64,000 bases of DNA. Origin: the human T2T-CHM13v2.0 reference genome, Homo sapiens. The translations under genes and the position numbers were made by a program. The notes under the pieces were generated by a model. That model saw nothing but the letters and a program-made list of their open reading frames with translations. It searched no databases and had not been told where the DNA came from. Shown here in pieces: positions 48,549 to 64,000 of this stretch; within the stretch, counting starts at the first letter, position 1, and the number at the start of each line of letters is the position of its first letter. The stretch is taken from NCBI RefSeq assembly GCF_009914755.1, contig NC_060936.1; one strand, given 5' to 3'.

Positions 48549-50015
48549 CTTCCAATCTCATTTTATTGATCAAATTAAGATATGGTCCACCTAATTGCAA
48601 GAGTAGAGGAAAATGTTTCTTTCAATGCCTGTGAAGAAAGAAGAAAGGAGTAATGGATAGAATTGATAATGTCTATCTATCTCTCAAGCTGACTATGACT
48701 CTGTAAGTCCACCCTCAGGCCCCTCAGTCTAGTCAACTCACTCAATCACTGCTGATCTACCTGTAAGGCACAGTGACATGGAACTTCTCTGTGAAGTTTG
48801 TGGTCTCCTAGGCCACTTTCCAGAGTCCAGAAAATGGTTAACATTTGCTCTTTAATACTTTCAAATGTATCTGGGATTTCAATTCTTTCTTTCCAGGAGT
48901 GGGTAGGAAAGGATGTTTCTTAGAAACCAGCTTGTTCTAACCTCTCAATACATCACCTTTATTTTCTTCTTTCATTTGGTCAAACTCATCTCTCTCTTTT
49001 CCTGCGGGTAATATAACTTATTCTTTGGTGTCATGTCGTATATACAATAATCTTCTTCAAGTCACAATGGCTCAGTCATGTCAGAATTCACTTACCTTTT
49101 TTCTCTCAATAGAGCCTTGCTCTCACAAATGAAAGCTATGTTTTCGAGATTATTTGTTTCTGCTATAGATTTATAAGTCTCATTTAGAATTTTAATTAGC
49201 TTATTTGCTGTACACTGTCCTATCTACCCAACCCTCGAGGGTGGTGCATATAGAAAGCTGTTTTTAGCACTTGGAGGATAACAATAAATGCAAAGATAGG
49301 GGGAGGGTGCAAATAATTTAAAAATTTTAAGTCTATTATACCAATATATCTACAAAGTTAGGAAAACTACTATTATATCAGGTATAATATCTGGAAAACT
49401 TTAAGCACAAGTACACTCATTTCATTTACACTGTGATTCTTTGTGATTCTTCATCCTTTAAATTATGTGCATGATTAGGGAACCATGCACTTCCTAATCA
49501 GCTTTGATTATCTCATTAGATTTTTTTATTATTTACTCTTTAAAGAGAGACTTGATTTAAGAGCCAGACTGTATAAAGAGAAAGGGCATTCCTAAACTCC
49601 AAAACGCCATTTACAAATTACAAGGCAAATCTCGTGGACTTTGACAGTGGAGCTATTCTACAATTCAGAGTGAAGAGTGCTCAGAGAACATGGCATAAGT
49701 AATGCTATCAACTCGATAGGAAGGCAAGATGCAGGTGGGGTGGAGGAAGAAGTTAGACTCAAGGGGTCCTACTCCTTTTCTCAAGATTGAAATATTTTAA
49801 AGTGTTCTTGAGATAGTAAAAAAAAAAAAAAAAGTAAGCATGTCAATAAGGGAGCCAAAGCAGATCCTCTTGGTGCTCCGACAGGAGATGGTTTCAAAGA
49901 AATAGATACCGTTTTGCCATCACAATGCATTTACTGCAAAGGAGAATGATATTAAAGCATGTGTAAGAAGAGAGTACTAGAGATAGCCCCAGCCACCCCA
50001 CATGCCTTTGCCCAC

Positions 50016-50357
50016 TGCTATGGTCTGAATGTCTGTAATCCTAACCTCCCAATGTGACGGTGTTAGAAGGTAGGGCCTTTTGGAGTGATTAGGATATAAA
50101 GATGGAGCCCTCATGAATGGGAGTAGTGCCCTTGTAAAATAAACCCCAGAGAGCTACTCATCCCTTCTACCATGTAAGAACTCAGCAAGAAGGTGCCATC
50201 TATAAACTGGAAAGTAGACCCCCACCAGACACTGGATCTACCTGTACCTTGATCTTGGAATTCCCAATCTCCCGAAATGTGAGAAATACATTTCTGGCCT
50301 TTATAAGATACCTAGTTTACAGTATTTTGTTACCGCAGTTCAAATGACTATGAGACC
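50016..50357 (+). mobile_element. MLT1A/MSTD-type MaLR solo LTR
   Basis: tgctatggtctgaatgt...gagccctcatgaatggg...ccttgatcttggaattccc. Confidence 0.8.
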
Positions 50358-50439
50358 CACATTCCTGGCTGAAATGGGATATTTCCACAAGTTTCCTCAT
50401 GCTGTCAGTAATGGACACAGTGTACCACCAATATATCCT

Positions 50440-51935
50440 TCATGAATAAAAAATTTATTTTCCTAACTGCTGGAAGGATTCCCAGCAGATAGCCCAGCTA
50501 TCCATTCTGTTTAGTGAGTTCCTCTGCTGAAGAGTCCCAGCTCCCCGATGGTCATGATTTCTTCCAAGCGTGGTCTATATTCACTGATTGATTCAGGGAC
50601 ATAAATATCTGTCCCTTTGCCCTAAGTTGAGACAACTCTAAAGGGCTATCTGTCCCAGTTTCAGAACTCCCCATGGAGTCAGTTGAGGCCTCTGTTGAGA
50701 CTATGTTTCAGCCCAATTTATTCCTCTGCCCAATCCTGTCTCCTGTTGCTTTTCCATTCCACACATACTGATTCCGAGCGCATTTCCAAAGGAACTTCCT
50801 GCTCTGCAATCTCTGAGTCTGCTTCATAGGGAACTAACCATGCAATATTACCAGAAGTATAGTACCAGTACCAATAGTACCAGAAGTGGAGTCAAGAAAG
50901 CAGACATTAAAATGGACTTTTGAAGTTGAATTACCTACCACTCAGCTGGTAATGAGGATTTCAGCACTGGTAATAGTTGAAACACAGATGGTCCCTGCAC
51001 TTGATCTTAGCCAAAAGGCTGAGAAGTAGTACAGATAGTCCCTGGCATAAAGTCTCCATGCTACTGCTAAAACTCATCGATGGTGAACTGCAATGATATT
51101 TTGGTGAAAGAAAGTACACTAGCATGTGTGATGTTTCTGGCATTTGAAAAATACTGGGTAAGTAATAGCTATAAGGACAGAAAAATTGGATGCTATATTC
51201 TATGGGCACTTTAGGAAAAAATTAAATGATGAGGGTGATTAATAGGCAATTAAAAGTTAAGTTAGCCAGGGTACTTCCTTTGTACCATGCAAAATATATT
51301 TTGATCTTCTACAGTTAGTGGGCAATAAAAGCTGAAGACCAAGCCCAGCACATAGTAAGAGTAGTGGAACTTCAAGTTCTGCTGCTATGCCTGCTGTGCC
51401 AAGATCAGGCCTTGTATGGGAAAGAATGGGGTTCTGACTCACGGAATCGTGACATCCAAAATCCTTGAATCCCCAGATTCCCCTTCTTTGAGAGCCTCAG
51501 AAGTGGTCTACTCCTTTCTATTAAAAGTCTGAATTCCCCCTTTACTTGAAGATAATGCAGACAGGTCATCCCCTGCAGCACAGTAGAAGCTACAACCAGG
51601 ATCTCCGCAACTTCCCCTCCTTGCCACTGGGACAATAATGGCCCAGCTGGAACATGATGGAACATCCTGATAAAGAAGAAAACGGACTCTACCCCAAAGG
51701 AGCTGTAGGACCTAGCCAACATACACTGGCAGAAGCTGGGAAAATTCACATGGTGCTGGATTCTGAGAGTGCTAGATCAAGAGGGGTGGAACATAAATTT
51801 GAATAAGAGAGAGCATCCTCCTGACATACATGCTTTCAAATTCTGGCAAAGACCTAAGGAGATGGTGTAAACATGATGTTAAGATGGTTCCTAGAAGCAT
51901 AGGAAAAGTGATGGCCCAAAGTACACGAGGTAAAA
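50440..51935 (+). mobile_element. LTR16-type LTR plus ERVL (ERV3-16A3-like) internal fragment
   Basis: LTR end ctctgagtctgcttcatagggaac, followed by an internal start taccagaagtgg...agaaagcagac and gag-like tggattctgagagtgctagatcaagaggg. Confidence 0.6.
50998..51030 (-). pseudogene. 3'-truncated, tailless U2 snRNA retrocopy (U2 nt 1-33)
   Basis: Reverse complement actacttctcagccttttggctaagatcaagtg vs U2 atcgcttctcggccttttggctaagatcaagtg (4 mismatches); 14-bp TSD acagat(g/a)gtccctg at 50984-50997 and 51031-51044. Confidence 0.9.
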
Positions 51936-54572
51936 ATAGACTTAGAAGTATTAGTTCTCATAGAACTATATAAATGGTATGGCTACCTATAAAAATAATA
52001 AATTCCATGCAACTGGAATAACTGAATATTACAAAATTCAGATTACATAGTTATTTGCATAACAATGTTTTATTCTCTGTCAGTAGATTTGAAGCTGTTT
52101 GAGGTCAGAGACCATATATTTTGTTCAGAACTCCATACCCAGTGCTTACCAGAAATTAATAGACTTCTAAATATCAGGTAAGCAAATAAATTAAGGAATG
52201 TAATTAAGAGAAATTATATTTCACGTAAGTAGACTAGAGATATGCAAGATATCTTTGAGATATTTTTCCACCTCTGACATTCTAATTTTTAAATCTTGAT
52301 TCCACAGAATTTTTCTGTAGTGTTAGTCAACATCTCAGAGCATTTAAAGAGAATGCTTTTGCTTTTTAAAAGGCCTTTTGCTAAACCAGTTCTTCCTTTG
52401 TCTTTTTTGGGGGCATAATTATTTTGGGTACAATATTACAGGATGGTTTTTAAAGGAGCCAAAATAACATAGGTTTGAGTTGGCCTGAGGAGAGCTCTTA
52501 TCTGTAGAAAGTCATCAAAAACCTGATCTAAAAAGAACATACTGACAGTCTTTTGGTTATTGTCCTCTTTCAGTTCTTCTTGTGGTGATGGGAATGGGTA
52601 AAATTTTACACAAGTGATGACGGGAGGTACACACAGTGTTAGCCCTTGAGTGGTTATAACAGCAAAGACAAAAGACAGGAGGGAGACACTGGTTATTGTC
52701 CAATAGATTTTGACACCTACGTTTATCCTCTACTAAGGAATTTTTTTTGTCTTGCCACATTACTTCTGGCAATAAAAACCCACTAATGACAATAAAGAGT
52801 AAGTCTAAAAAGCTCCCTCCATTTTGAGAAAGTTTTTGGAAAGGGCAATAAGGAAGAAGCATTAGTTGAGGCTTGTCTCAAAATAACTGAAGTGTTGCTA
52901 CTGGTTGGTTCTTTTTCCTTTCACATTCCTCTTTACAAAATAAGGTTTATGTTCATTGATCAAAGTATTTCTTTTCTCTAAACCCAAGAATTTTCAAGTT
53001 GTTGAATTGTTTTCCTCAATTCATTTGTTTCCATTACATTCTCCATATGAAAAACTCATTATACTTTTTGCTACCGTGGGAATGTCTTATTGCTTAAAAC
53101 AGATGTTAATGACAATTTGATTAGAATGAGATGTCAGAAAAGTCAAAGTGACTGTGGGAAAGAGTGTTAACACTCTCTGGGGTTAGGAAAATATCTCCAT
53201 GTTGTATTGACACACTTGGAGGACTAATGTCACAATTCTTTTTTTGGTTATTTGTTCATGTGAAACAGATTTGTAAGCCAACCTCGAAGGTTTCTCCACT
53301 CAAGAGACATTTTCCTAAATGATTAGTTTTGAAATTTTTCTGGAGAGGAATAGTAAAAATATTCTTCCTAGTTATCCCACACTATTTCTCCCCGCTCACC
53401 CCCACCCCACCTCCTTGTATCAACAACTGAAGTACCAGGTGGTCTCTGTACTTGCTCTAGCATGAAGGTGTGGAATAAAGAAGGGGGAGAACCCAGATGG
53501 GGCTGAATGAAATACCTGCTCAGGACATAGATTCTGTTTTGTCTTCTGAGATGTTGTTAATTATGCTATATCAGAGGCCCTTATTTCCAATCAGTGTGTG
53601 ACTCTTGTGAACTATAACTCATTTGCTCCATCTCTGCTCAATTACCTAGGGCCTCTACTGTGGACTTCAGATGGGATGCAGGGGTTTCTATTCTTGCTTT
53701 AGCTTGATGTATTCATGGATTCTTTCCTTGCACTGTTCTCTTGCCTTCTGACTGCATTAGCCAGCTTCTCTTCAAAGTGAAGGATGTTGGTGATGCTTCT
53801 TAGGATCTTATCAGTTCCTCTTTTGTCCTCAGTACTGCTCTTGGATGAGGGTGCTGGGAAAAAAATGTAGCAGCATCAGAAACTTCAATTTCTGTTATTA
53901 AAAAAAAAAAGAATTTGAAATGTGTGTCCTGATGTCATTCTCTATTCCTTAATTGGTTTCTTCTGGTGAATTCTTCGCTTTGCTTAACGTGGTTATTATT
54001 GTTGCCTACTTTCATTGGGTACTGGGGAGATTTTAGGCCACTATAGCACTATGCTATCCTAACTTGCAAATGTTTCCGCTTAACACATAGCATGCAAGAA
54101 ATCTGAACTTTGTGGGGAGACTTAACTAGGGGATGCAGAAAGAACCAGGACCCATTGATAATCTATCTGGACAGATTATCTTCTTTAATAAGATGACAAA
54201 CTGAGGTGACTAAGTCCATGTCTTGTTAATCACTGATCCTTAAATAAAAGAGGAAACATAAGAGCAAGTTTGTATGCTAGGTGTTTGACATGCTCCTCTT
54301 CAGCAACATATTTTGGCACACTTCAGTCAAATCTATACTATGTAAACAAGGAAAAATAAAAATATGAGCAATTATTATTTGAGCTTAGGCAATGAATAAA
54401 CTACATGTAATTATCAGCCTTAGCTATTTCCTTTGATTAAATTCATGAAAAAATTTCCTGATGTTTCTTTTTAAAATTAGCTTGCTTCATTTGGATTTCC
54501 AAAGAATTCGAATGTGATTCATAATTTAAAAGTCTGATTTTAAACACACACACACACATACACACACACTTA

Positions 54573-55785
54573 CAGCCATGCATCACATAACAAGAGGAAT
54601 ACATTCTGAGAAATGCATCATGAGGCAATTTCACCATTGTGTGAACATTATCAAGTGCACTTACACAAATGTAAATGATACAGCCTACTACAAGCCTAGG
54701 TTATATGGTATAGTGTATTGCTCCTAGGCTACTACACGGCACAGCGTGTTGTTCTATCAAATATTGTAGGCAATATTAAGTTTTGTGTATCTAAACATAT
54801 TTAAACATAGAAAAGGTACAATCATCGATGATCTTTTATATCATAGAAATATGATATAAAAGATAAAAATGTTACACCTGTAGAGGGCACTTACCATGAA
54901 TGAACTTTGGAGGACTGGAAGTTACTTTGAATGAGTCTGTGAGTGGTGAATGAATATGAAGGCCTAGGACATTACTGTAGACATTATAAACATTGTACAC
55001 TTAGGCCACACTAAATTAAAAAAAAAACACTCTTTCTTCAATAATAAATTAACCTCAGCTTACTTTAAATTTTTGTTTTATAAAGTTTTTAATTTTTTAC
55101 CTTTTAAAATTCTTTTGTAATAACACTTAAAACACAAACACATTGTACAGCTGTACAAAAATATTTTCTTCCTTTATATCCTCTTTCTATAAGCTTTTTT
55201 ATTAAAAATATTTTTATTTCTTTTTTTACTTTTAAAACTTTTTGTTAAAAACTGGGACACAAAAATGCACGTTAGGCTAGGCCTACACAGGGTCAGGAAC
55301 ATCAATATCACTGTTTTCCACTTCCACATCTTGTCCCACTGGAAGGTCTTCAGAGGCAATAACATGCATGGAGCTGTCACCTCCTGTGACAACAATGCCT
55401 TTTTCTGGAATACCTGCTGAAGGACCCGCCTGAGACTGTCTACATTTAACTTTCCTTTTTAACAAGTAGAAAGAGTACGCTCTAAAATAATGATAAAAAG
55501 TACAGTGTATATATATATAACAGTAACAGTTGTTTATGATCATTATCAAGTATTATGTATTATACATAATTATATGTGCTATACTTTTATACTATCAACA
55601 GCACAGTAGGCTTGCTTATACCAGCACTACCACAAACATGTGAGTAATGCATTGTACTACAATGTTAGGACAGCTACAGAGTCACAAGGTGATAGAAAAT
55701 GTTCAGCTCCATTGTAATCTTATAGGACTACCATCTTATATGTGGTCCGTCATTGACCGAAAAATTGTTAGGTGGTACCTGAGTG
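54573..55785 (-). mobile_element. Tigger3b non-autonomous DNA transposon
   Basis: TA-flanked; reverse-complement homolog of 38670-39876. Confidence 0.85.
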
Positions 55786-57469
55786 TATACATACACAGAG
55801 ACAGAGACATTTTGAAACTAGGATTAAAAAGTAAGCCTTTATACAGTCCTTCACTTCTTTAAAAGATAAATTCTATCTAGATTCCTTGCTTAATGCCAGG
55901 AAAAATATCTATATATATAAAGAATTCAACCCATAAAATTAAATTAGAAAATTATTGGCATACTTAACTTGTATCATCTCTTTTAAAAATTCTGAAGATC
56001 TTTCAGTATTTAAAAAATTTTTTCAAGTCAATGAGAGGATAGGATTGATAGAAGGAAATATAAGGAATTAGCTTTGCATTTTGAGTATCTATTTATTTAT
56101 TAAACATTTTGTATATAGAAGGTATTTAAGGTTTAGATTCTCCAAAGATACCTATAATTATCTCATATGGAATGTTCCATTCTGCTTTGTTCTTATTTGT
56201 CAACAAATAAATTATTCACTTAAAACTATATGTATGTATATTTTAGCACCTACTATCTTTTCCCTTTTCAAATATGCACAACAAAACTTGCAAGCCAAAA
56301 ACACAACAAACAAGAAGTTATTTGATCTGCATAAGTGATATAAAATACACATATTACAGCTGAATTTATGAAATGGTTGCTTTCAGGCACATTACTCTTA
56401 AAATAATGACTCAATTTTGAAGTAGATGCTGATTCTCCTTTCATAGATTGTGTCTTTCGGGTTTCAGGTAGTCAGTGTTGGTAAATGTCAACTAACATCT
56501 TTTTCAAAATTACATGTCCTTTGTGAACTTTCTTAATAATTAGAAATTAAGTATTTAATTTTTCAAAAGATAGGCACTTTTGTCTTTTGGAGCTCACTAT
56601 TGCCTAAAATTATGACAAAATATAAAAACACTACCAAACAATAATATATAAATAGTTGCAAATTTCTACTATACAACAAATGACCAAAAAAACTATAAGA
56701 AACAGTGCATTATGTATGACTGAAGACTGCCCAATTACAATTTCCTGTATATATTTCATATAGACCTAAGCTGTGATTTCCTACAATTCACCCTAACCCT
56801 AGCAACTGGTGGTCTGGCAGCTTCCTGCCTCTTGCAGACTGTGGCATAGACTGGTGGGTCCTTTAGTGGTGGCAAGAGCAGTGAGTGTGAACACTTCTCT
56901 ACCACCGCCGAAGACTTGCAGGATTTTTCTGTCTTTATATACACCTTTAGGCATTCTGTATACTGCCATTTAAAGAGAAGTGTTAGTTACACTGCATGTG
57001 AGAAGGGTTACAAAAGAGAGAGCGTGTTGCTTGCTGTCTTTCACACTTAATCCCATGTGAAATAGAATCTTCACTGCTTATACTTCTCACACACTACCTA
57101 GGACCAGTGCAGAAAATAGAAATAAAAAGTGGAGCTCTATCAGATCCATGCTGGATTATTTTACTGCAACTATTAATAATAATGCTTAATTGGAAAATAA
57201 AAACTGAGACAAATGCTAAGCCAGACAGGAGATTAGGACAGATGGTATAATCTGAGATTTTCTGGGCAAACTAGAATATATGGCCTTTACCTCTTAGTTA
57301 ACATTATTATCATGGCCTCTCCTCAGCCATTTAATATGCACCTGAAAACTATTTCGTAGGCTAGGGGCAATACCCTGTGTGTAGTCTTTTGCTTCTTGGT
57401 TATAGAATGTGGGTTTCAGACTGTCCTTCAGCCTTTGAGATGAAAAGATCACTGTATGTAAAAGGACTC

Positions 57470-57832
57470 TGCACTGGACTAGTGTTTATGTCCCTCAAAT
57501 TCGTACATTGAAATCCTAACTCCCAAAGTGATGGTATTAAAAGATGGGGCTTTTGGGAGATGATTAGGTCTTAAGGACAGAGACCTTATGAACAGGACTA
57601 GACTAGTGTCCTCATAAAAAAGGCCTCAGAGAGCTTGATCACCCCTTTTGCCATGTGAGGACACAGCAAGAGGGCACCATCAATGAATCAGAAAGCAGGC
57701 TCTTGCCAGATGTCAAATCTGCTGGCACCTTGATGGTAGAATTCCCAGCTTCCAGAACTTTAAGAAATAAATTTCTGCTTTTTATAAGCTATCCAGTTTA
57801 TGGTATTTTGTTGTAGGCATCAGAGCAGCCTC
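57470..57832 (+). mobile_element. MLT1A-type MaLR solo LTR
   Basis: gaaatcctaactcccaaagtgatggtatt...gccatgtgaggacacagcaag...aaataaatttctg. Confidence 0.8.
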
Positions 57833-57895
57833 AGGTCCCTCAGGGAATAGAACCAGGAATAAAGGGCACATTAATTCTCTCTCTCTCTCTTACAG

Positions 57896-57896
<1 letters not shown>

Positions 57897-57942
<46 letters not shown>
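57897..57942. repeat. (CA)n microsatellite preceded by (CT)n
   Basis: ~22 CA units. Confidence 0.95.
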
Positions 57943-57945
<3 letters not shown>

Positions 57946-58904
57946 TTTCATCTTTCTGTGTGTTGGGTTTATTTCCCCCACCTGTGAACCAGTTCTTTTC
58001 ACATGGCCATATGGTTGAGTCATAGCCTGTGGCTGCTGTACTACGAAAGCAAAAAATCTTCTCGCCTAATTTATTTTTTATGTCTTTTTATTGATACATA
58101 ATATTTGTACATATTTATGGGGTGCACTTGATATTTTGTTACATGCATAAAGTGTGTAGTGATCAAGTCACAGTATTTAGGGTATCCATGGCCTTGAGTA
58201 TTTATCCTTTCTATGTGTTGGGAACACTTCAAATCCTCTCTTTTAGTTATTTTTAAATATACATTATGTTATTGTTAACTATAGTCACCCTACTCTACTG
58301 TTGGACTTTAGAACTTATTCCTTCTATCGAACTATATGTTCATACCCATTAACCGAGCTCTCTTCATTTGCCCCTCCCACCCTTACATCCTCCCTGCCTC
58401 TGGTATCTATCTTTCTACCCTCTACCTCATGAAATCGACTTTTTGCATTTGTCTTTCTGTCCCTAGTTTATTTTACTTAACCTAATGACCTGCAGTTCCC
58501 TCCATATTTTTGCAAATGACATAGTTTTATTGTTCTTATAGCTGAATAATATTCCATTGTGCATATATACCACATTTTCCTTATTCATTCATATGTTGGT
58601 GGATGCTTGGGTTGATTCTGTATCTTTGCTATTGTAAATAGTGCTGCAATAAACATGAGGACTCAGGTATCCCTTTGGTATGCTGATATCCTTTCCTTTG
58701 TATAAATACCCAGTAGTGGGATTGTGGGATCATATGGTAGTTCTAGTTTTAGTTTCTTCAGAAATCTCCACACCGTTTTCCATACTGGTTGTAGTAATTT
58801 ACATTCCCACCAACAGTGTTTAAGAGTTCCCTTTTCTCTGCATCCTTGCCAACATCTGTTATTTTTTTGTCTCTTTAATAGCCATTCTAAATGGGGTAAA
58901 ATGA

Positions 58905-59287
<383 letters not shown>

Positions 59288-59776
59288 TGAGTTCCTTGTG
59301 TATTCTGAACATTAGTCCCTTGTCAGATGAATAGTTTACAAGTATTTTCTCCCATTCTACATATTGTCTCTTCATTCTGTTGACTGTTTCCTTTGCTGTG
59401 CAAAACCTTTTTAAATTGACATAGTCTCATCTGTCTATTTTTGTTTCTGATGCCTGTGTTTTTGAGATCTTAGCCATAAAATTTTTGTCTAGACCAACGT
59501 CCTGAAGTATTTCCTTTATGTTTTCTTCTAGTATAACTTTCTTTTATAGTTTCTAGTCTTACATTTAAACTTTTAATCCATTTTGAGTTGATTTTTGTAT
59601 ATGGTGAGAGATAGAGATCCAGTTTCATTGTTCTGCATATAGATATTCAGTTTTTCCAGCACCATTTATTGAAGACGATGTCTTTTCCACAGTGCATATT
59701 CTTGGTGCCTTTGTCAGAAATTAGTTGGTTGTAAATATGTGGATTTATGTCTGGGTTCTCTATTATATTCCATTGA

Positions 59777-60212
<436 letters not shown>

Positions 60213-60481
60213 TATGTGTGTATTTTTATACCAATACCATGATGTTTTGGTTATCATAGCCCTGTAATATATTTTGAATTCTGGTAGTATGATGCCTCCA
60301 GCTTTATTCTTTTTGCTCAGAATTGCTTTGACTATTCAAGCTCTTTTATGGTTTAGGATATTTACTATTTCTGTGAGAAATGACATTGATATTTTGATAG
60401 AGATTGCATTGAATCTGTAGATTGCTTTGGGTAGTATGGTCATTTCAACAGTATTAGTTATTCTAATCCATGAGCATGCTC

Positions 60482-60793
60482 TTTCCTTTTTTTTTTCTGA
60501 GACAGAGTCTCACTCTGTTGCCCAGGCTGGAGTGCAGTGGCACAGTGGTACAATGTCGGGTCACTGCACTGCAACCTCCACCTCCCAGCTTCAAGTGATT
60601 CTCCAGCCTCAGCCTCCTGAGTAGCTGGGATTGTAGGCACATACCACCACACCCAACTAATTTTTGTATTTTTAGTAGAGACGGGGTTTCATCACGTTGG
60701 TCAGGCTGGTCTTGAATTCCTGACCTCAAGTGATCTGCCTGACTCGACCTCCCAAAGTGCTGGGATTAGAGGCATGAACCACCATGCCCAGGC
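60482..60793 (-). mobile_element. AluS with small internal duplications
   Basis: Alu body; cagtggcacagtggtac and cactgcactgc duplications. Confidence 0.9.
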
Positions 60794-60802
60794 TTCTTTT
60801 CA

Positions 60803-60844
<42 letters not shown>

Positions 60845-62473
60845 TTCTTCAATTTATTTCATCTGCGTTTTGTGGTTTTGTTTTTTGGTGTATTTTGTTT
60901 TTTGTTTTTGTTTTTGTAAAGGTCTTTCACCTCCTTGTTTAAATTTATTCATAGGTATTTTACATTTTTTGGCTATTGTAAATAGAATTGTCTTCTTGAT
61001 TTCTTTTTCAGATAGCTCATCATTGGTGTAAAGAAATACTACTAATTTGTGTATGTTGATTTTGTATTGTGCACCTTTGCAGAATTTTTTAACCAGTTCT
61101 AAGAGTTTTTTGGAGTAGTCTTTTGGTTTTCCTAAATATAAGATCATGTCATCTACAAAGAGGGACAATTTTAGTTCCTCTTTTCCAATTTGGATGTTGA
61201 CATGGTTTGGCTGTGTCCCCACCCAAATCTCATCTTGAATTATAGCTTCCATAATTCTTATGTGTTGTGGGAGGGACCTGGTGGGAGGTAATTGAATCAT
61301 GGCGGCAGTTCTCCTCATACTGTTCTCATGGTAGTGAATAAGTCTCATGAGATCTGATGGTTTTATAAGGGGGAAACTCCTTTTGCCTGGTTCTTATTTT
61401 CTCTCTTGTCTGTTGCCATGTAAGATGTGCCTTTCACCTTCTGCCATGACTGTGAGGCTTCCCTAGCCACGTGGAACTGTGAGTTCATGAAGCCTCTTTT
61501 TTTGTCATAAATTACCCAGATTGGGTAGGTCTTTAAAAGCAGCATGAAAACAGACAAATACAGTAAATCGATACCAGTAGAGTGGGGCACTGTGGTAAAG
61601 ATATACACAAATGTGGAAGTGACTTTGGAACTGGGTAGTAGGTAGAGGTTGGAACAGTTTGGAAGGCTCAGAAGAAGACAGAAAAATGTGGGAAAGTGTA
61701 GAACTTCCTAGAGAACTTGGTCAAATCAGCATTTGACTAAAATGCTGATAATGATATGGACAATGAAATCCAGGCTGCGGTGGTCTCAGATGGAGATAAG
61801 GAATTTGTTGGGAATTGGAGTAAAAGTGACTCTTGCTTTATTTTAGCAAAGAGACTGGTGGCATTTTGCCCCTGACCTATAGATTTGTGGAACTTGGAAT
61901 TTGAGGGAGATGATTTAGGGTATCTGGTGGAAGAAATTTCTAAGTAACAAAGCAGTCAAGATATGACTTGGGTGCTGTTAAAGGTATTCAGTTTTCAAAA
62001 GGGAAACAGAGCATAAAAGTTTGAAAAATTTGCAGCCTGATGATGTGATAGAAAAGAAAAACCCATTTTCTAAGGAGAAATTCAAGCCAGGTGCAGAAAA
62101 TTGCATAAGTAACGAGGAGCCAAATGTTAATTGCCAAGACAACGGGAAAAATGTCTCCAGGGCATTTCAGAGACCTTTGAGCCAGCCCCTCCCATCACAG
62201 ACCAGAGGCCTAGGAGGAAGAAATGGTTTCCAGGGCTGGGCCCAGGGCCCCCTTGCTGTTTGCAGCCTACAAACTTGGTGCCCTGCATCCCAACTGCTCT
62301 AGCCATGGCTAAAAGGGGCCAAGATACAGCTTGGGCTGTTGCTTCAGAGGGTACAAGCCCCAAGCCTTGGCAGCTTCCATGTGGTGTTGTTCTGTGGGTG
62401 CACAGAGGTCAAGAATTGAGGTTTGGGAACCTCTGCCTAGATTTCAGAGGATTTATAGAAATACCTGGATGTC

Positions 62474-63907
<1,434 letters not shown>

Positions 63908-64000
63908 TACCTGGATGTCCAGGCAGAAGTTTGCTGCAGGGGTCAGGCCCTCATTGAGAACCTCTGCTTAGGCAGTGCAGAAGGGAAATGTGGAGTTGAA

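Overview
Human nuclear genomic DNA, identified by a consensus-perfect AluYa5 plus primate L1PA, THE1C and MER41 elements. More than half of the window is interspersed repeat: nested L1s, Alus, MaLR/ERVL/ERV1 LTRs, a near full-length Hsmar1 and two Tigger3b. There is no intact protein-coding gene. Recognisable passengers are a THEM4 processed pseudogene copied from an exon-skipped mRNA (62474-63907), a mitochondrial 16S rRNA fragment captured inside an Alu (60033-60148) and a tailless U2 snRNA 5' retrocopy (50998-51030). The most notable unexplained structure is a minus-strand chain of about 12-13 exon-like segments between ~57341 and ~43749. They have canonical splice sites, mostly compatible intron phases and stop-depleted frames, and every transposon falls between them. 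This looks like the fossil of an unidentified multi-exon protein-coding gene (candidate unitary pseudogene, possibly now a lncRNA). A second theme is several serial template-switch/fold-back scars, the largest at 30679-31397. Repeat subfamily names come from recalled consensus sequences, and the boundaries of old repeats are approximate.
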